A model generated the notes under the pieces. The model worked only from the letters and a program-made list of their open reading frames with translations. It was not told where the DNA came from and made no database searches. A stretch of DNA of 64,000 bases, taken from positions 14,570,001 through 14,634,000 of the forward strand of contig JBHGNT010000013.1 of the NCBI GenBank assembly GCA_043228905.1, read 5' to 3'. Below, piece after piece: positions 1-10,760 of this stretch; within the stretch, counting starts at the first letter, position 1; each line of letters starts with the position of its first letter. This stretch comes from Azolla caroliniana (Eukaryota; Plantae; Polypodiophyta). A program made the translations under genes and the position numbers.

Positions 1-745
<745 letters not shown>

Positions 746-2218
746 GGTTCCACATAAATTTCTCTTTGTTGTGGATGGACCAAACTGTCATTAATCACAT
801 TAGGTGAATGATGCGGTGATTGAGAACCACAAGAGTGTTGTATAGACCATGTGAACGACATTTGCAAAGTCCAATTACCATCTACACAACTATCAATAAT
901 TCTTTTTTGATCACTAAAGAACACTTCCCACCATGACGTATCTTGTTTTGCAACATATTTCTTTGCAGCATCAATATGTTTCTTTTTTTCCGTTAATGCT
1001 TGCATCCATAAAATTCTTTGTTCTTCTACCAACTCACTATGCATTTCTTTTTTTGTCTCAATCGGTATTTGTTTTGCTCCATAAACAGTTGTAGAAGGCA
1101 TATGAAGCAAGAACTGGCAACCGCCTTCAGGTTCCCATTGTGGTGAAGATGAATATCGCTTTGTATACAACAATGTAGAACCACTACTATCATTATTCTT
1201 TATCAAGAAAATGTGATTGAAGCTTATATTGTTTAATTGGGCGAGCATGAAGGGGTAGATAAACGAAATACGCACAACCGTGAATGGAGGCCGAAAACGG
1301 GAGAGCACGCTGAGAGGAAACAGAAACTATAAGAAGCGAGCAACAACAACAGGAAGGGGGAAAAAGAGAGAGAGGTGTTTGTATACCTTTGAGAGAGGGA
1401 AATACTCCTATTATACTAGGCAAAGAGTATTTTATATGTATGTCTATTATTTTTCCTTGTTAGAGGGAGTGAGTAGAATTTTCGACCATGAGCCATGTAA
1501 TCGTTACATAGTAACCTTATAATACACAGTTGTGAGTTTACCTTTCGTGTCATTAAACATTCATCTTTACTGCTAGGTTTTCTGTCCAAGTTATAAGTAT
1601 AAGTTGTAAGACCGGTTGTGGCTGGCCATTTTCATAGTCGATCGGCCTATTCGGCCCTATTTTTCCTTCCTATGTAACCACGATTCCTTGACCCTATTAC
1701 CCAGGAAGTAATCGAAGGTGTATCTTCAAAGAAGAGATATAACATGGATCGAATCATTGCTTGCTTGCACTCCATTTTCATTTTAGTTCAAATCTCATGC
1801 CACTTTCCTTTGTCGAGGACCAATTTCGATCGCCCACCTTCTAGTTCCAGTGGGGGTCACAACCACTTACTTTCCTGGTGGGGATCGCGTCAGTTTCTCG
1901 CTAGCGCTACTGTTTCTGTTGTATTTTGGGTAAACCTCGACTATTTACCCTCTCATAATAGACGAAGTCGAGTTGACCACTTCACTTGCACTCCTTCGCC
2001 CGTTCGTCTTTCTGGTGAGGGCCGCATAGTCACTCATCCGTTCGTGTTCGAGTTCCCGATGACAGCCACATGGTTGCTCATGCCCATTCATGTTCCTGAT
2101 GAGGATCACACATGGTCGTTCACGTCTATCGATGTTCTAGTCTTCAGTGAGGGGCACACATGGTCGCTCACACCCGTCGGGGTTCTAATCTCCGACGAGG
2201 ACCGTACATGGAGGATAA

Positions 2219-2675
2219 TGTCATGACATAGTGACATCAAATACGTAGTTAGTGAGTATTGAACCTGGAACCTCAGGTCTACAAGATGTCATACTCAACC
2301 ATCTGGATATGAGTATATGTTTATATATAATAGAGTATTATATATTCTAGAGAAATTTGTCAGGTATATTCTAGAGATACTCAATCTCAAAACTTGTATA
2401 AATACTTGTAACCTCCTTGGTCCCTTTTAAGGGATTCAACACCAATCATTGACACATCAATCTAGTATTCTCGTTTCGCCCCATCTTCTCTCCTTGATTT
2501 ACATCTTTGTCTTTATGCTCTTGTATTGTTCCTCACGTCTTAAGTTCCTCATCTTGTCGCTCCCAACTTTTCAAGTTTCTTGCCTCATCACGTCGAGTTC
2601 CACGTTCGTAACCTTATTGGTTGTAGCCTTGTCATCTGTGCTTTGTCATAGTCTAGGGTTGGTGTGTCTGTGACA
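2219..2675 (+). mobile_element. Gypsy-type LTR (TCTAGA-rich family)
   Basis: Termini are TGTCATGAC...TGTGACA. It has TTCTAGA motifs, TATAAATA, and the TTCAACACCAATC motif shared with the LTRs at 3620-4112, 4630-5145 and ~49470-49915. Confidence 0.65.
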
Positions 2676-3030
2676 CTAGCACAGGTAGGTATCCTTCCAA
2701 TTGGGTTGTTGCTCAAGTAATCAAAAGACTTTTTAAGGGTTGGCCAACTAAATATTCCTGTCACTTTGATGATAGGTACTACGTTTGCGTGCGTCTTGAA
2801 GCTCTTCCAAAATATTGTTGCATTGGAGAAGGATGAGGAGTAGGTGATGTTTATTAATATGAGGATAAAGGCCTTGTGGGAATGCCCAGTCCAAGATGAA
2901 GAGGTGGGTGCAAAGCACATCACTGATACCAAATGGTTTCAACCCCCCTCTTGTGAGCCTATTCCTCCTTTAGCTGGTGAACCTGGGGAGCAAATTCACC
3001 TTGATGATGAGCTTATAGAAGACCCTATAG

Positions 3031-3360
3031 TGTCGCGGTTTTCCGCAAGTAGGTGTTGAAACACGCAGGACCACGGGGGTCTCGAACGAAGGAGTCAAAG
3101 GGAGTAGGAAGAGTGGCCGTGATGGTGTGCCTGGTCGGTTACCGAAAGCTGGACAACCAGTGTGTAGATTCGTGGAAGGAACTGTGTCGCGCAATTCGCA
3201 GGTAGAGCGGTAAGCAGAATACAATCGGGTTCGGCCGGTAGCAGAGTCGTACGCTCTAGAAACACACCCCCACCCACACATGCATTCAGACTGATCAAGG
3301 AGCCTCTGGTCGGGAGTTCACGGGCTTCCTGTGCGAGCAAAGGCTTTCTTACAGAATCGT

Positions 3361-3446
<86 letters not shown>

Positions 3447-3600
3447 ACAAGCCGACAACACTTTGTCCTCCCCAAAACCGGATCCTAAAATAGGCTCAAG
3501 CCTCCCCTTTTATAGCACAAGGGGAGACCATTACAGAGATGATAACTTGGATTTAAGATTCTCCATTTTTGCAATAAGGGTGAGATATTCTTGTGAGTTT
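3031..3600 (-). mobile_element. Truncated LTR of the TGTCG...CGACA family
   Basis: On the minus strand it ends ...CCGCGACA and contains CTATAAAAAGGGG followed by (CT)n. This is the same architecture as 52894-53716. Confidence 0.55.
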
Positions 3601-3619
3601 CTGGTGGCCATGGTTTCGT

Positions 3620-4112
3620 GATGTTTATAGAAGAGGATAAAAGAGAGAGAAAATTTGAATCAAATTGTTAGAACCAAGAATAAAAGATAGAGTGATGGAA
3701 GAAGGATATAAGAGAACACAAGAGGAAAGGAACAAAATGATAAGAGAAGAATGGGTGTATTATGATAGAAAGAGAATGGATACAAGATAGGCAATGAGAG
3801 CTTAAGATTGGTGTTAATTCGAATTAAAGATTTGAGAAGACATGTATGTCTCTACTTATAGGTTCCGTTAGAATAGTTTCAGTAGTAAGAAATTTCTATA
3901 ATGTTCTAGAATGTTCTAGACCTAGAATATTCTAAGGTGTTCTAGGACATTCTGGAACGTTCTAGAATTTTCCAAAGTTTTTACAATAATCAATATATTA
4001 CAAAAAGTAGCTTTTATCCTCTCATATGACAATAAGCTATATTAATAGTAGGGGTTTTCAATTATGGATTACAAGGTTCGGGTGATGCCATAATGTTCAT
4101 ATGTTCATGACA
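3620..4112 (-). mobile_element. Gypsy-type LTR (TCTAGA-rich family) inserted into gag of a relative
   Basis: The minus strand begins TGTCATGA at 4112, directly after gag codons ...QFRQGLRND. It has TTCTAGAA repeats and the GATTGGTGTT motif. Confidence 0.7.
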
Positions 4113-4627
4113 GTCGTTGCGCAAACCTTGACGAAATTGGTCTATTAGTGCTGCCTCATCCCATAGAATATCACATGCTAGGAGGGGAAAATCTGGAGCA
4201 TAAGCGGAAGCAAGACGATCTCCTTGTCATAATCTTTGAATTTTATTTATTGGTGTCCTCATACTATCAATGTCCCCAAAGCTAGCTTCGAATTCCTTTA
4301 TAAATCCTTCAAAATCTTCTAATAATGGTGAGTGCTTCTCCAAGAGTGGTGCAAACCATGCTAATGTGGTACCAATTAACAAGGTACCAACCAGTCCCAC
4401 ACGAGAACCATTAGTTGGGTAACGACTACGATGTAATTTAATCCACAAATATGAGACCGCCGCTTGTTGTTGCAGTAGAGTAGTCTCCAATTGTTGTACT
4501 TTCTCAGCACTTGTTGTAGGTCCCCAAGCAGTCTTTGATTCTCTTGCTCTAATGCCACGAACTTAGTTGTTAGCATGTCGATCTCAGATAATACGCGCAT
4601 ATATTCTTGCTTGTTGACGATCGCCAT
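4113..4627 (-). pseudogene. Ty3/Gypsy gag fragment (RTL1/PEG10-like capsid, possibly Tcn1-type chromovirus)
   Basis: ORF 4227-4490 reads YPTNGSRVGLVGTLLIGTTLAWFAPLLEKHSPLLEDFEGFIKEFEASFGD and continues past a stop into ...WDEAALIDQFRQGL. This is a typical retrotransposon capsid. Confidence 0.75.
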
Positions 4628-4629
4628 AG

Positions 4630-5145
4630 TTATGACAGAAATTTGCTAGATTTCTTGAATGAGAAAGATAAGAAGAAGAAGTTGGAGAAGAAGAAAGAAT
4701 ATTATGTTCAAACTGTCGCGACTTGAGAGCAGGAGAGAGAGAGAGAGAGAATAGAAGAAACGAGGATGATAGAAGGTAGAGAGAGAAAGAAAGAAACGGG
4801 AAGGACTTTAAATGATAAGAGAACAAAGGTTACAAAGAGTAGGCTAAGGGGTGAAGATTGGTGTTGAACCGATGCGTTGTGATGAATGAATTGACACCTA
4901 TTTGTAGGACCTTATGGAGTATTCTAGAATGTTCTAGAATATTTTTGATAATCATGGAATATTCTAGAATGTTCCAGAATACATGAGAATGTTCTAGAAT
5001 ACTCTAAAGATCTTGTAATAATTAATAATATAATTATTATGACTGTACATCATATATGTTATTATAATGGTTAAAAGTTTAACATATAGACCAAGAAGTT
5101 GAGGGTTCAAATCCTTGTAAGCAAAAATGTATGTTTTCATGAACA
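4630..5145 (-). mobile_element. 5' LTR of the Gypsy element whose gag is at 4113-4627
   Basis: The minus strand begins TGTTCATGA. It has TTCTAGAAT repeats and the GATTGGTGTTGAACC motif, and lies immediately upstream of gag. No tRNA-Met PBS is visible. Confidence 0.65.
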
Positions 5146-5316
5146 TAGAGAGAATTTTTTGGGCATCTTGTAAGTATTAGCTTAAAATGTCATGTTATAG
5201 GATTACAACAAAAAGGTGATGATTTCATTCCCAATGATAAAATCTTCAATGCCTTCTTGTTGTAGAAATTCATGAAATATTTGTTCTAATAATTGATGTA
5301 TAAAATAGAGAGAGAG

Positions 5317-5369
5317 AGCTCAGTTGGTAAGGTTGCCCAATGGAGACCAAGAGGTCATGGGTTCAACCC
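5317..5369 (+). other. tRNA-derived Pol III promoter-like segment, split by a Copia insertion
   Basis: It has an A-box-like AGCTCAGTTGGTAAG and a B-box-like GGTTCAACCC at tRNA-like spacing. The sequence continues at 10718. Confidence 0.6.
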
Positions 5370-8300
5370 TGTAAAGAATTGGGTATGATTCTTGTGTAGC
5401 GGAATAGGTGTGAACTATGTGTATGAGAGAGAGAGAGAGTGAGAAGTAAGACACAGAGTACACGCAAGGTAGATTGTATTAACAAAGGAGAAAGACTCAA
5501 CTAAATACAAGGTGGGAGGAGGGTGCTTTATATAGTCGCCCTCTCTCTTCATTAACTACAAGACTCATGGAGCATGGGGAATGTGAAAGCTCATAAGTTA
5601 TGTGCCATAGAATATGATTCTATGACTCATACTAAATGCTAGAATACAAAGAGGTGACATAATGGTGACTCTTGACCGTTGGAGTGTCTATTCACTCTCA
5701 AGGTGAGTTCACACACTAGACCAAGTTGAGCTTGATTCTCAACACGCCCCCTCAAGCTCAAGTTGGTTCGGTTTCAGACAGTATCCGAAATCCACTTCGA
5801 CTCGAGTTCCGGAGTCCGCGTCGACTCACATTTATGCGGAGTTGTGGAATCTGTGCTCCAGCTTGCGTTTTGCGTAGTTGCGAAGTCTGTGCTTCGGCTT
5901 GCGTCTTTCTTCGTGGCTTTGCGCGGTAGATCGGTTCTTCACGCCTTCGTTGCGTGGTTGCGTAATCCACGCGTTATTACGTAATGTGCGTAGTTTGCGG
6001 AATCCACGCGTTATTGCGTAATGTCTTCAGTAGTCCCCCTCAAGCTTGGCAGGTCAGGGATCGTCAATCTAAGATTGGTCATGAATTGCCATAGCTTGTC
6101 GGCTCCTAAGGCTTTAGTGAAGATGTCGGCCGTTTGAAGATTTGTGCTAATGTGTTGTAGGTCGACATCGCCAGCTAGAACGCGCTCTCAGATGAAGTGA
6201 TAGTGCACTTCGATGTGCTTTGTCTGCGCGTGGAACACTGGGTTCCAAGCCAGATAAATACTACTCATGTTGTCGCAGTAAAGGGAAGTGGGATCCTTGA
6301 TGGGTACGCCCAGATCCTTGAGTATCCTTTGAGCCATACGACTTCACATGCAGCTACGGTTGCGCTCTTGTACTCTGCCTCTGTGCTCGAAAGAGCGACG
6401 GTTGGTTGCTTTTTGCTGCTCCAGGATATTGCTCCGCTGCCGAGGGAGAAAACAAATCTGGAGGTTGATCTTCTATCGGCTTTGTAGCTGGCCCAATCAG
6501 CGTCTGTGTACCCCTCGAGGCGTATTGGCATCGCGGTCTTGTAGAGGATGTTGCAATCCATTGTGCCGCTCATGTACCGTAGAACTCGCTTAGTGCAATC
6601 CAAGTGAGTATCACGCGGTCTTTGCATGAATTGACTAAGGAGACCGACTGGATAACTGAGATTGGGTCGAGTGATCGTGGGGTAGATGGGACTCCCGATG
6701 AGTTGCCGATATTGAGTCAGCTCACACGCTTTGGTGCCGGAGTTCACATCTAGTTTGAGATTATGATTGAGTAGGGTTGCCACAAATATGCACTTAGCCA
6801 TACCGAACTTGTATAACAAGTTGAGGATGTAGTGCCGTTGAGAAATCATGATTCCGGCCGGAGTCTGAATTACCTCGATGCCGAGGAAGTAGTGGAGTTC
6901 CTTCATGTTCGTCATCTCGAACTTTTCGGAAAGAAGGGATTTGACTTTATTGATTTTGACGAGATGCTCGCCTCCAATGACTAGGTCATCCACATATAAG
7001 ATGATGACGATCGGACTTGCGGAATCGCTTCGTATGTAGAGGGAGTTGTCTGATTTTGACATACGGAAGCCGATTTGATGAAGATATTGCGTTATCTTCG
7101 AATGCCAAGCACGCGGTGCTTGCTTGAGGCCGTAGAGTGGCTTCTTGAGTCGACAAACAACTTTCGGATGGGTGCTCGAGTTGAAGCCGGGTGGTTGGAT
7201 CATGTACACCTCTTCTAATTCGCCTTGTAGAAAGGCGTTCTTGACGTCCATTTGATGGAGGTGCCACCCTTTCGCCGCGGCAAGCGCAATTACAGTTCGT
7301 ACCATTGTCATCTTTGCCACTGAGGCAAAGGTCTCTTCGTAGTCAACTCCGCGCGTTTGTGCGTAGCCTTTCGCTACGAGTCGCGCTTTGTAGTGGTTGA
7401 CGGAACTGTCGACGTTGTACTTCACTTTGTAAATCTATCTGCATCTGATCGCCTTTTTGTGTGGTGAGGTGGGAATGAGATCCCATGTCTCGTTCTTCCG
7501 TAGTGCCTGCATCTCCTCGTTCATTGCTTCGATCCATCGCGGGTCCTTCGCGGCTTCGGAAAAAGTTTCCGGCTCCCGTACTGTCGCTAACTTCATCATA
7601 AAGGCGTAATGGTACGCCATATAATCGTTGTAGCCGAATCGGCTTACGGGGTTCTTTTCACGGGTGGATCGGCGAAGCTTTTCATTTGCAGAGATGAGGG
7701 CTTTCTTAGCTCCGATTGGTACCTCGAAACCGCCGAACTCACTATCGAGTGAGTGAATCGACTCATCGTCGTCGAAGTGATCGTCTGCATATTCTGCCAT
7801 TTTCAACTTGCCTTTGTCCATCTTCGGGCTAGGCCGTGATGTGCTTTGATCGCTCAAAGGCGCTTGTGGTCCGCTCAATCGGGTCGTGATCGGACTTTCT
7901 TCGAACATGCGCGTAAGGCGATCTTCATCCTGCATCTCTTGTTCAACGGATTCCGGGTGAAGCGGAGTCGGAGTCAGAGTTGTCTCTGGTGCGCACCAGG
8001 ATGCAGACTCGTAAAAAACGACGTCTCGACTTACTCGAGATTTTCGAGTTGAAGGGTTGTAGCACTTGTACCCTTTTTGCTCCAGTGAGGATCCTACGAG
8101 GATACATTTCTCCGACTTCGGGTCAAGCTTTTGACGCTTCTCGTCGGGGATGTGCACGTACGCTATTGCGCCGAATATCCGGGTGTGCGATAAGTCTGGC
8201 TTCTTTCCGAAGTATTTTTCGTGCGGAGTGACCTCGTGCACGCCAGATGTTGTGCATCGGTTCATTAGGTAGACGGCCGTATTTGCAGCTTCGGCCCAAT

Positions 8301-10368
8301 ATGACTTGGGCATATGCTTCTCGCTCATCATGGCCCGCGCTACTTCGAGGATGTGCCGATTTTTGCGTTCGGCTACTCCGTTTTGTTGCGGAGTGTGTCG
8401 GCAAGTGAATTCTCGCTGAATTCCTTCCTTTCAAAGATACGCCGTGAAATCGTCCGAGAAGTACTCCTTGCCGTCATCCGCCGAATGTAGCCGTCTGCGC
8501 CGGTCCCCATACATCGGAATGGACTACATCAAATAGACCTTTGCTCACGTTCCGCTCTTTCGGGAATGGGTGTCGGTGTTGCTTGCCGAATTGGCACGCT
8601 TCGCATACACCTTCAATCTCCTTCTCTTTGAATGTCGAGAGTCCGATGGCGACTCCTTTCGATTTCATTGCTTTGAGTTTGTTGAGATTGATGTGGCCGA
8701 TTCGCTTGTGCCATAGCTCTATGTCGGAGTCGGCTTTCGTGCTTTTTGCGAACATGGAAAATTTCATCTCGCGTGAATCGAGAATGAACATCCGGCTCTC
8801 TCTTCTTCCGCGTGCGATGATTCGGCCTTCTTTTTCAATGAAGCACCCTTCTTGGTCGAATCGTACTTGCGTCCCTTGCTCAACCATTTGGCCGACCGAG
8901 ACCAAATTCTTCGTGATGGTGGGAACATGCAAGACATTTTTAATGTATGTTTGCTTACCTCTTTCGCCGAACGGAACATCGCCGATGTACCGAATCGGGG
9001 GTGTAGTGTCATCTCCGGTTTCGACATAACCGGGTCGCTCCATTCTTTGTGGGATGTCATATGGTTTGAGGCTCAAGAGTCAACAAACCATACGTGCTCC
9101 GGATTGAGGGCACGAGTTGAGATAGAGGCCAACATAGAGTTTGCTCTATGTTTCATCATGAACATTCCGCCACGGTCGGAGTTGCGTGCATACATTCCGC
9201 CACGATCTTTGTAGTTGGAGTTGTTCCCGTACATTCCGCTATACTCTTCGTACTCGGAATTGTGTGCGTAATTCGTGAGTTGTCGGCTTATGGAAGCCGA
9301 TTCACGCATCTTCTTTTGGCACTCTTCTTCGTGGTGGCCAAGTTTTCCGCAATATCTGCATTCGGTTGCATTTTGACGGCTCGGGCCGGAGCGGAAGCTC
9401 CTCCTTCTTGCAAAAGTTCCTCATTGGCTTCCGTTTTGTTGCCGAAATTGGGAGTTGTTATCGTAGGTCGGACGTCGTCCGCCTTGTCCTTGGCCGAATC
9501 GGCCTCTCGACCGTCCGCGTCCTCTTCCTCCATTCGAGTGCGTGTAGAACATGTGGCCTTCCGACTCATTGCTCCTTGTACACACGTGGTTTTCTTCAAC
9601 CAATAGCATTGATTGGAGCTCGAAGAAGGAGGGAGATTTCTCCCGTGCTAGAACGGCGGTTCGCATCGTGCCGAACCGTAGTGCCAGGCCGCTGAGGCAT
9701 ATTTGAACCATGTCATCATCATCATCGATATTTACGCTTATTGAGCCGAGCGAATCTCAAAGCTCCTTGATCTTCGAGGTGTATGTCATGATGGACATGT
9801 CCCTTTGTTGAATGTTGTTCAACTCTTGGCGAAGTTGAAAATTTCTTGCGATTGTGTTCGCCGCGAAAATCTTTCATAGATTTTCCCATGCCTCCTTCGG
9901 CGTCTTGGCTTCGCGAATGTAGCCTAGCATGTGATCGTGAACACATGTCGCCAAGCAATACATCACGCGGCTTGCGGCTTGCTCCAATGTCGCGTATCCG
10001 GGAGCCGCTTCAGCGGGTCGGTCTTCATGCGTTCCTTTGATGTAGCTCCAATATCCTTGTTCGACAAGGTATTGGTGCATCTTGTACTCCCAAGATGCGA
10101 AGTTGTTTCGATCCAACTTCTCAGTAGGGAGAGCGCTCCCCATTTGAGTATTCATTGTGTCGATTCTTCTTCTTCTTCTTCTCTCTTCGAATGCGAGCTA
10201 TGTAGCGAAGCTACGATAATGATGAGCCGGTTCTTGGTCGTCGGCGTGTAGCACAACACACGATCACGATGAGGCGAATGGGCTAGATTGAGCTACCAAA
10301 TCACTCTGATACCATGTAAAGAATTGGGTATGATTCTTGTGTAGCGGAATAGGTGTGAACTGTGTGTG

Positions 10369-10409
<41 letters not shown>

Positions 10410-10717
10410 GAGTGAGAAGTAAGACACAGAGTATACGCAAGGTAGATTATATTAACAAAGGAGAAAGACTCAACTAAATACAAGGTGGGAGGAGGGTGCT
10501 TTATATAGTCGCCCTCTCTCTTCATTAACTACAAGACTCATGGAGCATGGGGAATGTGAAAGCTAATAAGTTATGTGTCATAGAATATGATTCTATGACT
10601 CATACTAAATGCTAGAATACAAAGAGGTGACATAATGGTGACTCTTGACCGTTGGAGTGTCTATTCACTCTCAAGGTGAGTTCACACACTAGACCAAGTT
10701 GAGCTTGATTCTCAACA
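5370..10717 (-). mobile_element. Full-length, frameshifted Ty1/Copia LTR retrotransposon
   Basis: LTRs are 10315-10717 and 5370-5744 (TG..CA, near-identical). TSD is AACCC on both sides. PBS TGGTATCAGAG (tRNA-iMet) is at 10304-10314 and the PPT TTGAGGGGGCG sits next to the 3' LTR. Domain order is gag-PR(WFVDS)-INT-RT(YVDD)-RH. Confidence 0.97.
6050..10155 (-). pseudogene. Copia gag-pol, broken by frameshifts, stops and an integrase-core deletion
   Basis: Fragments: 9874-10155 (gag), 8474-9076 (GAG-pre-integrase, CEAC), 7435-8331 (integrase C-term), 6265-7425 (RT ILYVDDL; [18 protein letters not shown]). Confidence 0.95.
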
Positions 10718-10760
10718 AACCCCTACATTCTACAGTGGCATCTAGTAAATTGAGAGATAT

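Noticed and set aside
1605-2215. Possible LTR (TGTAAGACC...GGTCACA) followed by ~51-bp degenerate repeats
   Set aside because: No TSD, PBS or partner could be confirmed, so it is too weak to call.
8541-9029. Antisense ORFs over Copia pol (also 17136-17858, 19462-20374)
   Set aside because: They are shadow frames of GC-rich coding sequence with no independent motifs.
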